DNA from: Verrucomicrobiota bacterium
Lineage (GTDB): Bacteria > Verrucomicrobiota > Verrucomicrobiia > Limisphaerales > J093
Length of the DNA: 64,000 nt
NCBI GenBank assembly: GCA_012517065.1
Contig: JAAYVR010000194.1
Coordinates: 1,438 to 65,437 of the forward strand
Direction: 5' to 3'
Shown here: positions 27,540 to 37,169 of the stretch, one piece after another
Layout of the letters: each line of letters opens with the position of its first letter
How positions within the stretch are numbered: the first letter of the stretch is position 1
Translations under genes and position numbers: made by a program
Notes under the pieces: generated by a model
What the model saw: the letters and a program-made list of their open reading frames with translations, nothing else
What the model was told of the DNA's origin: nothing
The model's database searches: none

Positions 27540-28583
27540 ATGGAACAGTTCGCCCTTTTCATCGCGGTGTCTTTGTGGGCCGCGGGTTTTCTGATTCTGC
27601 CAAGGCTGCGGCGCCGGTGCACCTCCACCCCGGCCAATACAGCGGCCGACGTGAGCGTTATAATCCCGGCGCGCAATGAAGCCCGCAATTTGCCGGTTCT
27701 GCTGAACTCATTGACATCCCAGCCAACGAAAGTCCGCGAGATAATCGTCGTGGACGACGGCTCGACCGACAACACTGCTGGCGTGGCTCGCGAACACGGC
27801 GCTCGAGTGCTTTCATCGCAACCGCTCCCGGACGGTTGGCGTGGCAAGACATGGGCTTGTTACCAGGGCGCCCAGGCAGCGACTGGCAACGTGCTGTTGT
27901 TTCTGGACGCGGACACGTGGTTTGAGCCGGGCGGACTGGCGCGCACACTTGGAGCTTACAAAGGCGGCGCGTTTTCTGTGGGGCCGTACCACGCCGTTCA
28001 AAAGCCTTACGAGAGCCTCTCTTTGTTTTTCAACCTCAACATGACTGTGGGCACAGTGCCGGACGGATTGTTCGGCCAATCCATGTTGGTCGAGCGCACA
28101 GCCTATCGGCGCGTCGGCGGTCACAAAGCAGTCAAGAACAGAATCTTGGAGAACTCGTTTCTGGCGGGGCATTTTCGCGAAGCCGGGATTCCGGCGAGCA
28201 GCGTGTCTGGCAAGGGGACATTCTGTTTTCGGATGTACCCGAACGGCCTTGCTGAGCTTGCAGCGGGCTGGACAAAAGGCTTTGCGGCTGGCGCAGGCCA
28301 AACACCGCGCGTGGTGTTGCTGATTACTGTGGCGTGGATGATCGGCCTCATGCTGTCGCCGATAGGTTTGCTGGCGACCGGGCATTGGACGGCGTGGGGC
28401 ATTACGTATCTCGCGTGTGCTTTGCAGGTGGGCTGGTTTGGGCGCCAAGTTGGATCATTCCATTGGCTCAGCGCTTTGTTCTATCCGGTACCTCTGATCT
28501 TCTTCTTTGTTTTGTTTGCATGGTCAAGCGCAAGGTCGGGCAAACAGGTCAAATGGAAAGGCCGCGAAATCCGTGCCGATTAA
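27540..28583 (+). CDS. GT2 glycosyltransferase, CrtQ-like (carotenoid glycosyltransferase)
   Basis: IIPARNE, VVDDGSTD, GWRGKTWAC, FLDAD, FGQSML, RMYPNG...GWTK, WKGR; adjacent to a CrtO-like gene. Confidence 0.8.
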   Translation: MEQFALFIAVSLWAAGFLILPRLRRRCTSTPANTAADVSVIIPARNEARNLPVLLNSLTSQPTKVREIIVVDDGSTDNTAGVAREHGARVLSSQPLPDGWRGKTWACYQGAQAATGNVLLFLDADTWFEPGGLARTLGAYKGGAFSVGPYHAVQKPYESLSLFFNLNMTVGTVPDGLFGQSMLVERTAYRRVGGHKAVKNRILENSFLAGHFREAGIPASSVSGKGTFCFRMYPNGLAELAAGWTKGFAAGAGQTPRVVLLITVAWMIGLMLSPIGLLATGHWTAWGITYLACALQVGWFGRQVGSFHWLSALFYPVPLIFFFVLFAWSSARSGKQVKWKGREIRAD

Positions 28584-29064
28584 ACTGCCCATCGCCTGGA
28601 TTGTCGTATTGAATGTGATCGGCTGGATTGCGATCCAGATGGGGTTGGCATGGGCTTTCACAAAGATGCCTGTCAGATGGTTCAATCCGGCCAAAGCATT
28701 CGGATTTGAGTCGGGCGGGCGCTTCTATGAGCGCGTGTTCGCCATCAAGAAATGGAAAGACAAACTCCCGGATGCCGCCCAATGGTTCGGCGGCGGCTTC
28801 GCCAAAGCCAACCTTTCTTCAGCCAACCCCGAATACGTGCGCAGGTTCATCCAAGAAACATGGCGCGGCGAACTTTGTCACTGGTTCGCGATGGCGTGTG
28901 CGCCGCTGTTCTTTCTCTGGAACCCATGGTGGGGAGATGTGGTCATCGTGATGTACGCGTTGCTTGCGAATCTGCCGTGCGTTCTGGCTCAGCGTTACAA
29001 CCGAGCGAGGCTGCAGCGGTTGCTTGAACGCAGGCAAGCCAGCACTCAAAGCTCGCGCATCTGA
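28573..29064 (+). CDS. CrtO-like glycosyl-4,4'-diaponeurosporenoate acyltransferase family protein
   Basis: IKKWKDKLPD, ETWRGELCHW, NLPCVLAQRYNRARL; in-frame GTG at 28573 overlaps the GT2 stop. Confidence 0.8.
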   Translation: MPIKLPIAWIVVLNVIGWIAIQMGLAWAFTKMPVRWFNPAKAFGFESGGRFYERVFAIKKWKDKLPDAAQWFGGGFAKANLSSANPEYVRRFIQETWRGELCHWFAMACAPLFFLWNPWWGDVVIVMYALLANLPCVLAQRYNRARLQRLLERRQASTQSSRI

Positions 29065-29182
29065 ACCATTCCGGGCCTGCACTACGAACTGGTTGTAGTT
29101 CGCAGCCCGGCCTTCGGCTGGGGAATCTTACCGGCAGCCGCCGCGGATACACCTGTTGCTTCAGCCCGGGGAGATTGTTGGG

Positions 29183-32100
29183 CTAACGGAGATGCCGATC
29201 GGCAAAGTCAAGGTACCGTTCCCAATCGTACGTGGTGATTTCGTGGTCACCGGTTCGCACGTGATAACCGATCGTGTGTCCAACCGGGTTGTTCACCGCG
29301 GGCATTTCCGAGACACCCAACCCTTTCAGCCCATACAAAGCATAAACAGGTTCGGCGTGCAAAGCTGCCAGGAATTCTCCGCGTGGATCGGACCAGCGGT
29401 CCAACTCCGCACTGGCCACATAGACGGGCCGCGGCGCAATCAGAGCAATTAACATATGCGCGTCAACCGGGAGCTGGTCCTCTTTGTTTGCATAGCGTGC
29501 GTAGTTGCGGCAATACCAGATCCCAGACAGCGCATACGAGGCTGCGACTGTTTCACCGTAGCGGCGTCTGGCAATAGCGGCGCCGCCCTGGCCAGAGTCA
29601 TTCGAGATGACAAGGGCAAACCGCTCGTCTTGTGCGCCCGCCCACAACGCGGTTTTACCCGTGCGCGAATGACCAAAAACAGCGACACGACGTCCGTCGA
29701 TGGCCGGATCAGTCTGCAGATAATCCAGCGCACGGCTCAGTCCCCACGCCCACGCACCGATCGCCCCCCATTCATCGTCGTCAAAACGCGCGCGACCGCT
29801 TTCAGCGAGGAGACGAAAGCGGATTCCGTTTCGCCAGCTTTCGGGTGTGAACCGACAGCCTGATCCGTGCCGGTCCAGCTCGATATCGCCGCCGTGAAAA
29901 CTGGCGACTGCATAACCGCGTTTTAATATGAGTTCCAAGGGCCATCTGTGAGCGTGTTCACCGCGTTGGCATATCGAGTTGCGAGACGGCACAATCCCGG
30001 GATCGGAGTGGACACCTTGATTGCCGTAGCTCAGACCAATGAACGCCGGCACCCGATGCCCGGCCTGCTTCGGGATGAACAAAAGCAGGTCGATGCAAGG
30101 CGCATTCCCATCATCCAGCAGGCGGATGCGGACTTGTCTGCGCGTGGCAAGGCCATCAAAAACCTCGGCATCTGGCGCGAGCGGCTCGAACCTGAGGTTG
30201 GTCTTGATTGTCGGGGTCCGTCCATAAACGTTTCTTGCGAACGCGTTCAGGATTTCCGGCCGCCGGACATCTCGCCATGTAGGAAGATCCAAGACCTTCT
30301 GACCGTTCATGCACACGAGCGGATCGGGGAGTATGTAGTGCGGGACTGTTGATTCGTCATAGTTTGTGTCCGGCGGTTCGCCTGTGGCAGTGACGGGTGG
30401 AAAGAGATCGTCGGACTTGACGTTGGCCAATGCATCAGGTTCGAGGCGCAGATATCCATTCTCACGGGTAACGTTCAGGCGCGCGTCAATGGCGCGGTTA
30501 ACGGGGTCTTCCACGGTTTGGCCGAGGCGCCGCCGAATCTCCTTTCGCAACCACCAATAACCCGAGTTCCAAGAGTACAAAACGTGCCCATGCGGGTGCC
30601 CGTCCACGGTGCTGATGGATTCATTGAACGCAGGCGCGTATGCGATTTCTCTGGCGATTCGTTCGGTGAGCAACGCATCGACCTCGGTGGCGGGCAATCC
30701 ATGCACGCCAGCCAAAAGGTAATTCGCGGCGTCGTTCAGGAACCATGAACCGCCGTAACAGTACACACCGCTGTGGCCGGGCAACAACGAACCATCGGCC
30801 ATGGAAATGACGCGGAGACCGTATGGCGTTTTCACCTTCTCGGATGTGCGGTGATGGGTTAGGACCTGCTCATCTGCAAGAAGCTTTCTGCCGAACACGG
30901 CGTATGTCAGGGTGGCACCGTACAAGGTGTCCTGGCCGAGAATGTCGCGTTGTTTCCGGCTTGTGGGCATGAACCCGAGTTCGGCGTTGAAAAGTGACCT
31001 GTACGCTGCAATGGCTCGTTCGATGTCATCGTCTGCGACATCGAGGCCGAGTTCTTTCGCTGCCAACAAAGCCCCGCAATGGAATCCCTGGTCGCTGGTG
31101 GGTGAATCGTCGTCGTCGTACGGGAGCACGTCATGATAGGTTTTCCAACCTTTCGGGTTGGGAGCACCCGGCAACGGCGGCGGCACATAAAGCCCATCTT
31201 TCTCGTGTTCACGGATGAATGCGTAAGCTTTTCGGACGAGCGCTTCGTTGACGGCGCCACCGGCGCGTTTGATGAGGGCAGCCCAAATGAGATAGTAGTG
31301 GGCGTTGTCCTCATAATCCATGCGTGTCCAGAACACGGCACGATAGGCCTCGGCGGTTTTCTCCGGCTCATCCAATCCAAGTGCAGTGTAGAATCCGTCG
31401 CTCACCCATTGCTTCCAGCCGTAGCCGGGACCTGAGACGAAGATGTACCGGCCATCGCGCGGACGATTGTTTGCGTCAAGCGCAAGGTTTCGGCGTAACA
31501 GGTACAGCGATGTGTTGCGGAGGATGGCCTCGAGGATGGAGCTGTTCCATCCCTTGGCGTTTGCAACGGCGATGTGAGCCGCGACCTGTGCGTCGTAATG
31601 ATTTCGAGCAGGACTGCCAAATACCCAGGTCGTAAACCTACGTGTTTCACCTGCTGCAAGCGATTGCCAGCCGTCCATTTCGTATTGGTAGGTGTCGCGC
31701 GCGTCTTCGGGCGGTTTGATTATCAGTGGATACGGGGGTCGGCCGTCCCCGGCGAAAACCGCGAGCCGATGGCCACCCGGGTCAATCAAAACCTGACACC
31801 GATTCTCCCAAAGCCCCGGCGAATCCGCCGCGATCCCAAAAACTTTCCCTGCGCTCCGTACCATGCCCACCGGAAACGTCTCCGTTTGCTCCGCGCCTCT
31901 GACAGTGTCGCACAACACGCGCCTTGCCATCGGGCCGGAAAAAGAGGCGAACTCGCCCGCCAACGCCAAATCGAGTGGAAAAGCTACGGCGAACCGGTGT
32001 GCCATGTTGGCACGCACTTCGAGCGTGCGTTCAACCAGCGAAGGCGTCTTTTGCACGATTGTCCACTCGAGAGTCAGCGGCCCAATCGTCTCAGGACCGA

Positions 32101-32440
32101 ATTTCATGATCCCGGGCCGATCAGTTCGTTCGTTGAACCTGACCGGGATCCAATCGCCACCGGGGAATTTCAGTTCAACCCCTGCTGGCGCGGTATCAGT
32201 CGCCCGGCCAACCAACAGATTACCCGACCTGTACTCGATCCGAAAACCGTCGCCAGCATGGGTCGTAGCGGGCCGAAGCTCAACGACCTCGGCACGGGTG
32301 CAACAAAACACTGTTGCGCAGCCGATTAGCGCGCTTAAACAGCGGTAAACCGGGCCGGTTCTGCGCGTTCTTGTTTCCAACAAATTGCCGCTGGGGCAGT
32401 TGCTTCTCTGAGTAAAAGCTTTCACTTGTACCGACATCAC
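29183..32440 (-). CDS. Fusion protein: unknown glycosidase-like N-terminal region + C-terminal CE15 (glucuronoyl esterase-like) domain
   Basis: C-terminal ~390 aa from NYDESTVPHYILPDPL with WAWGLSRALDYL, GHSRTGK, SNDSGQGG, LIAPRP and H..T.YDW. True start may be downstream of 32440. Confidence 0.8.
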   Translation of the reverse strand: MMSVQVKAFTQRSNCPSGNLLETRTRRTGPVYRCLSALIGCATVFCCTRAEVVELRPATTHAGDGFRIEYRSGNLLVGRATDTAPAGVELKFPGGDWIPVRFNERTDRPGIMKFGPETIGPLTLEWTIVQKTPSLVERTLEVRANMAHRFAVAFPLDLALAGEFASFSGPMARRVLCDTVRGAEQTETFPVGMVRSAGKVFGIAADSPGLWENRCQVLIDPGGHRLAVFAGDGRPPYPLIIKPPEDARDTYQYEMDGWQSLAAGETRRFTTWVFGSPARNHYDAQVAAHIAVANAKGWNSSILEAILRNTSLYLLRRNLALDANNRPRDGRYIFVSGPGYGWKQWVSDGFYTALGLDEPEKTAEAYRAVFWTRMDYEDNAHYYLIWAALIKRAGGAVNEALVRKAYAFIREHEKDGLYVPPPLPGAPNPKGWKTYHDVLPYDDDDSPTSDQGFHCGALLAAKELGLDVADDDIERAIAAYRSLFNAELGFMPTSRKQRDILGQDTLYGATLTYAVFGRKLLADEQVLTHHRTSEKVKTPYGLRVISMADGSLLPGHSGVYCYGGSWFLNDAANYLLAGVHGLPATEVDALLTERIAREIAYAPAFNESISTVDGHPHGHVLYSWNSGYWWLRKEIRRRLGQTVEDPVNRAIDARLNVTRENGYLRLEPDALANVKSDDLFPPVTATGEPPDTNYDESTVPHYILPDPLVCMNGQKVLDLPTWRDVRRPEILNAFARNVYGRTPTIKTNLRFEPLAPDAEVFDGLATRRQVRIRLLDDGNAPCIDLLLFIPKQAGHRVPAFIGLSYGNQGVHSDPGIVPSRNSICQRGEHAHRWPLELILKRGYAVASFHGGDIELDRHGSGCRFTPESWRNGIRFRLLAESGRARFDDDEWGAIGAWAWGLSRALDYLQTDPAIDGRRVAVFGHSRTGKTALWAGAQDERFALVISNDSGQGGAAIARRRYGETVAASYALSGIWYCRNYARYANKEDQLPVDAHMLIALIAPRPVYVASAELDRWSDPRGEFLAALHAEPVYALYGLKGLGVSEMPAVNNPVGHTIGYHVRTGDHEITTYDWERYLDFADRHLR

Positions 32441-32489
32441 GAATACCTAAATCGTTCTGCATTGTCGATTCCCCAAACCCAGGGCAACG

Positions 32490-32809
32490 AGAATAGAGTG
32501 CCAGACACGTTGTCTGGGTTTGCCCCCGGAGGACGCGAATAGAGGGACAGGCACGTTATTTGGGTGTTGCCCCCGGATTGCGGCGTGGCCCGCAAATTGC
32601 CCCTTGTCCCAATCGGCGGCTGCCGAAGTGTGCGGAGGAACCCCTCGGATGCCGATATGGGGACAGACACGTTGTTTGGGCATGGAAACAAAGCGGCAGC
32701 AAGCTGCCGCACTCCAAGCGCTTCGCGCCTGCCAAGGCCCACTGCGTCCGCGGCAGCGGGTGAGAATCCATTGGGGTCAGCGCGCTCTGCCTTGCGGCAG
32801 AGTCGCGGG
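32490..32809. repeat. REP mosaic; inverted homologue of 59607-60366
   Basis: GGGACAG(A/G)CAC modules and palindrome at 32690-32717. 32590-32670 matches the reverse complement of 60262-60345; 32715-32810 matches the reverse complement of ~59600-59700. Confidence 0.85.
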
Positions 32810-32907
32810 GCATATTTCGCAGCCCGGGGTGGCTGAAGGTCCGGGGGGCAAGAGCCGGGGGCGTTGCCCGTCAGGCGACTTTGGTTCCGGCTGCGCCGGG
32901 CTGGAAA
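32810..32907. mobile_element. MITE-like element family B
   Basis: GCATATTTCGCAGCCCGG...CTTTGGTTCCGGCTGCGCCGGGCTGGAAA; homologous to 40089-40196 and to the reverse complement of 59492-59606. Confidence 0.7.
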
Positions 32908-32914
32908 CGAATGG

Positions 32915-35743
32915 TCAGCGCTCGACGCGGATACGCCAAAAGCGGCTTCGAATTGACGGGTGCGTGTCTATCCACGTGTTCGATGTAATCAGTTGGCCCT
33001 CATTCAAGGGTGTCCAGACACCGCGCAGCAGGTCTTCCGTGAACTCGATTGCGTACCGGAATTCGGGGCCAAGATCGTCCCACGACAAGACTGTGCGATC
33101 TGCGGCATGGCTCAGAACGAGCAATCGCGGGGGATGAGGCGGCCAGGAACTCTGCGGCTGCGAGGCGCGCATGTAAACCAGTCCCCAATTGAGGGCGTTC
33201 ACCAGGTCTTTCGTGGCGAGGTACACTGGAGGGTCGTCCTGCCAACTGGCGTCGGCCGTGCCGGTAGCGTAGAACTTGGCGGCGGCGGCCAGGTAGTTCG
33301 TTCGACCTGAGTAGCGGTACGCGTAGGCGAGAGCGTCGGAAGTTACCAATGCCCAGTTGTTGACCTCGAGGTAGGGTGGGTCGTGCGGCTCATAGAAGTA
33401 AAGAGCGTTCCACGTCGCCAGCCGGCCGGGCTGGTATTCAGAGGCAAAGTAACGCAGGATGAAATCGGCATAGACGGTGAGCGCGTTGGCGACTCCCAGG
33501 TCGTCGGGCAGACCGTACTCTGTGCAAAAATCAAGATAGCGTCCCAGGGTCCACAAGATCTGACTCAACTGAAAGCTGCTCAGCCATTGCCAATCCTCGG
33601 CTGGGCGGAATGAACTTGGATTATCCAGCCAGGCCTTGTTCGAGAGGTCGGCCGTTTCCCGGACGATGGTGCGCAGCAATTCAAGCCATTGGGTGTCGCC
33701 GGTGTGACGATAACCTTCAATCATTGCGAAAATGAGGTTCGCTCGCTCGCGGTAGAGCACCGGGTTTCGGAAGTCTATGAACTCGGCCTGGTTGCGCATG
33801 GCTTGCAAACCTTCGAGCGCAACCTCGCGAAATCGGGTTTCGCCTGTCATACAGTAAGCCAACAGCAGATCAGGCACGCCGAAGAACAGGTCGTCGGATG
33901 GCGAATTGCTGTTGCGGTTGGGATTGATGTTGCCTGGTTCGTCGTGATTGCTGTGGCCAAAATAGGCGCCATGCGCCCAATGTTGAGGGCCTTCGTCAGG
34001 AATGTGGAGGTAATCAATGTCCGCAAGGTGCCACGCCGCAGGCAGTGCAAGGTCAAGCCAGGCTGGATCGCCTGAACGGCCATACTGCACCAGAAAACCA
34101 TACAGGAACCAATACTTGAGGTTCATTTGCCCGGCTTGATTCGGACCAAAGGATTCGTAATCCAGCGGCACATCGCCGTAATCCTGCCAGCCGAAGAAGT
34201 TATAGCGCTCGATCGTTTCCCGCAGGGTGGTATTGCCGAAACTCGGATCGTCCACGTCCGGGTTGAAGTCCGGGTTCGGCTCGAACGCAACGCGCACGTA
34301 CCTCTCATAGAGCGGCCATTGTTTGAGGTCCTCGACGGGCACCTCGCCTAAAGCACCTGATTGGACCATGGCAGCGGGTTCCACCTGTCCCAGCAGCGGT
34401 TGTTGAAAAGCGCGGGCGCACTGATCCGCAACACCCACTTCTTCGGCGCCCAAACCAAACCGAAACATCAAGGTATGAGTCTTTTCTTCGCCGACGCGCA
34501 GGTTGTGCCGGAATACGTGGCCGTTTGGGAAGAGGTCGGCCACTACTGTCCCGTCGGTGCGAGCTTCCAGTGCTTTCGGGAAGTTCTGCCAGAAATCGCG
34601 GACAGCTACTTGGACGCGAGGGCCTTGATCGCCAGTACGGCGGAGCGCAATCCAACCCAGGGCGCGACGACCCGTGACGGGCGAACCGATGCCGGTGATA
34701 GTGAAGCCGGGGCTGGTGCTGAACGACTGGAGGCGCGGTGCACAGTCGATGTTGTTTTCCCAGCCCACCAGCCCGACATAAGCGTCCCAGTTCGTGCCGC
34801 CGCTCGAGTCCTGATAAAGGCGGATTGTGTCCGTGGGCTCGGACACACTCAGGCCATTTTCCATTTCAACATGCAAAGGAGCCGGTGTTGAAGCGAGTTT
34901 CAAGGCAAGTTGCAGACCGCCCAGGTACACGCTGTTGGTGCTCCCTTGGTCGTGGACGTTGAGCGGCTGGCCCCATTCGCCTTCCACGATGGGATAATTG
35001 TTTTCCACGGTGAAATCGAGGCGCACGTCGGATCGGCCAGCGTAGAAATGGCATCGGGCCGTAAAGTCCAGCACGGGTTGTCCATGGTAGTCGGGAATAC
35101 TACCCACGACCTTGACGACGGCGTACAGAGGCCCTTTCCGCTCGATGTCGGCCCGGCTCGAGCGCGCCTGACGCGATGCAGTGGGCGCCACAACATTTGT
35201 GCCGTTCATGGGGAGCAACCGGATGGCTTGGGATGCGGTCAACGGCTCCAACAATGTCCGCCCGCTCATGACGACCTGGTCAATCAGGTTGAATGAATCC
35301 GTGTTCAGCGTGAAAAGAGCGGGCCCGGTGTCAACAAAGATTCTCCCCACCGCTTGAGTAATGCTGAGTGTGCTGGTCGGGGCGGTCTGTCCCTCGCCGG
35401 GTTCGATGCGAATGGCACGAACACTCCGTGCATCCAGAGTTTCCAGGTACGAAACCAACACCCATTTCGCAGGGGCGTTCGTATCGGCCGGATGACTTCC
35501 CCAGCGGGATAGGATTTCGAATTGAGCCGGCACGGCCTGGTCCTCTCTGCGCAGGAGAAGCTCGGTAGGTTTTGTGGCATGCCATGCGCGAGGCAGGGGA
35601 ACACCAAAGGTGACGCATTCGCCAGTTCGCGCGACCCCAGCCCGTTCATGGATATGGCAGGTGATCCATTCCCCGCTGTTGAGGGAGGCATGAAGACCGA
35701 GCGCCCACAGCAGGACTCCCGCGCAGAATCTCGATGCAGTCAT
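32915..35743 (-). CDS. Secreted protein, exo-rhamnogalacturonan lyase (PL26/YetA)-like, with C-terminal 'RFWRI' domain
   Basis: Signal peptide; VTFGVPLPR...W...S/PAKWV; GPLYAVV; VRDFWQNFPKALE; GWQDYGD; HLADID; C-terminal LSW...IEFTEDL...W...RFWRIRVER. Confidence 0.7.
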   Translation of the reverse strand: MTASRFCAGVLLWALGLHASLNSGEWITCHIHERAGVARTGECVTFGVPLPRAWHATKPTELLLRREDQAVPAQFEILSRWGSHPADTNAPAKWVLVSYLETLDARSVRAIRIEPGEGQTAPTSTLSITQAVGRIFVDTGPALFTLNTDSFNLIDQVVMSGRTLLEPLTASQAIRLLPMNGTNVVAPTASRQARSSRADIERKGPLYAVVKVVGSIPDYHGQPVLDFTARCHFYAGRSDVRLDFTVENNYPIVEGEWGQPLNVHDQGSTNSVYLGGLQLALKLASTPAPLHVEMENGLSVSEPTDTIRLYQDSSGGTNWDAYVGLVGWENNIDCAPRLQSFSTSPGFTITGIGSPVTGRRALGWIALRRTGDQGPRVQVAVRDFWQNFPKALEARTDGTVVADLFPNGHVFRHNLRVGEEKTHTLMFRFGLGAEEVGVADQCARAFQQPLLGQVEPAAMVQSGALGEVPVEDLKQWPLYERYVRVAFEPNPDFNPDVDDPSFGNTTLRETIERYNFFGWQDYGDVPLDYESFGPNQAGQMNLKYWFLYGFLVQYGRSGDPAWLDLALPAAWHLADIDYLHIPDEGPQHWAHGAYFGHSNHDEPGNINPNRNSNSPSDDLFFGVPDLLLAYCMTGETRFREVALEGLQAMRNQAEFIDFRNPVLYRERANLIFAMIEGYRHTGDTQWLELLRTIVRETADLSNKAWLDNPSSFRPAEDWQWLSSFQLSQILWTLGRYLDFCTEYGLPDDLGVANALTVYADFILRYFASEYQPGRLATWNALYFYEPHDPPYLEVNNWALVTSDALAYAYRYSGRTNYLAAAAKFYATGTADASWQDDPPVYLATKDLVNALNWGLVYMRASQPQSSWPPHPPRLLVLSHAADRTVLSWDDLGPEFRYAIEFTEDLLRGVWTPLNEGQLITSNTWIDTHPSIRSRFWRIRVER

Positions 35744-35833
35744 AGTCTCCTTGTACCACGGCTGGTGGCTGGGTAAAGCAAAATCCAAAGACACCGAAGG
35801 CCGGCAGGCCCGGTGTGCCGTCAGATTCCCGGG

Positions 35834-36826
35834 CTAAAAAAGCCACGTGAACGTCAACGCGCCGAACTCGAAGTAGTCCTCCTGTCCCTTGAACTCTTTG
35901 CCCCAAAAGACGTAACTGAAGCTGGCAATGAATTTCCCGCTGCTGACTGCAATTCCAACCTCGGCTGCGGGCACGAACCATTCCTTGTCCACGCTCGGGC
36001 TGTCTTTCCACGTGTTACCGTCCAAAGTTATGTTTCGAGCGATCAAGTTCCCGCTCACACCGCCGTACGCGTAAACGCCCCAGTCTTTCCATGGCGACAG
36101 GTCGGGATCATGTTTCGGCGGCGGCAGGTGAACCATCCCGCGCATCAAGGTTGTGCCGAAATCATTTGGGATGCGCCAGCCGATGCGCAATTGTCCGCCT
36201 ATTTGGGCCTGGGTTAGGACATTTCCAAGCATTGCGTTTGCCATGGGGATTGCTTGAACGCCGAAGCTTTCCAAGTCGCCAACAAGCATGTAACGCTGGC
36301 GGTGCTCGTAAACAAGATTCAGTATCGGCTCGTTGTGCAGTTGGTAGTCCCAACCCTGTGGTAAACCGCTTCCGATCAGCCTGTGGACTTCACGTTGGGT
36401 TTCCTCGGCCAATGACCACGGCCCAACCACTCCAGTTATGAGTTTTACGCCGTTGTACGTGTTGTCGTGTTCGCTGTGGATGGAAAGTCCGGCCCACAAC
36501 AAACCCGCATAAGGGCGATCAGCAGAGTCAGGAACGGGAACTTTAGTGTCGGACGGCGTCACCATTATCTGGCCCAGATCATATCCTATGGTACGGCGTT
36601 CGGCCTGCCACGGCAGCTTGTCCACCACCTTGTCAAGCCAGCTTGGGCCCGTGTGAGCTACCGAAACCGACACGCCATCGGTGTAAAACCTGTCGCTGCC
36701 GCCGAACGTGTCGTTTTCCCAACGAATTGATGCTGACCACTCTCTCGGAAGTGGTTCGCCTGCGTTGCACATGCCCAACGAAAACGCAAGACAGACAATG
36801 CAAGTTACCAGCCGGTACAGCTTCAT
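35834..36826 (-). CDS. Lipid A 3'-O-deacylase LpxR family outer-membrane protein
   Basis: END...DRFYTDG, GQIMVTP, DRPYAG, GVVGPWSLAEETQ, GWDYQLHNE, RNITLDGN; terminal Phe. Confidence 0.88.
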   Translation of the reverse strand: MKLYRLVTCIVCLAFSLGMCNAGEPLPREWSASIRWENDTFGGSDRFYTDGVSVSVAHTGPSWLDKVVDKLPWQAERRTIGYDLGQIMVTPSDTKVPVPDSADRPYAGLLWAGLSIHSEHDNTYNGVKLITGVVGPWSLAEETQREVHRLIGSGLPQGWDYQLHNEPILNLVYEHRQRYMLVGDLESFGVQAIPMANAMLGNVLTQAQIGGQLRIGWRIPNDFGTTLMRGMVHLPPPKHDPDLSPWKDWGVYAYGGVSGNLIARNITLDGNTWKDSPSVDKEWFVPAAEVGIAVSSGKFIASFSYVFWGKEFKGQEDYFEFGALTFTWLF

Positions 36827-36930
36827 TGTTTGATCCAACGCCGCCTGTGTGTCAGCCGATCGTAGCCGGGCGATGGTGATTTCGCAGATTTGAAATGTCC
36901 AGCCTGTTTGCTCACCAGTTCATATCTTGG

Positions 36931-36995
36931 CCCGGAAATCTCACCGGCAACCCTCTCGAATTTACCTGCGAGTTGACTCCGGTGAGATTTCCTGA
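36931..36995. mobile_element. MITE-like element family A, copy 3 (65 bp, unrelated interior)
   Basis: CCCGGAAATCTCACCG + 33 bp + CGGTGAGATTTCCTGA. Confidence 0.7.
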
Positions 36996-37133
36996 CCCTG
37001 CGCTGCGAGTTCCAAATCCAAGAGTGGGATGCATCCCCAAACCGTGTTGTCTTCATCGAAGCCTTCGTTGTCACTTTCGTCGCAACCCTTGTCGGCTGCA
37101 CATCCGAATTGAGCGGTTCGGAGGCGCTTCGGA

Positions 37134-37162
37134 TTGACGCGCTTGCATCATGCGGTGATACT
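37134..37162 (+). promoter_or_regulatory. Putative sigma70 promoter for a leaderless sulfatase transcript
   Basis: TTGACG-17 bp-GATACT, then 7 nt to ATG 37170. Confidence 0.5.
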
Positions 37163-37169
37163 GTCTGGC

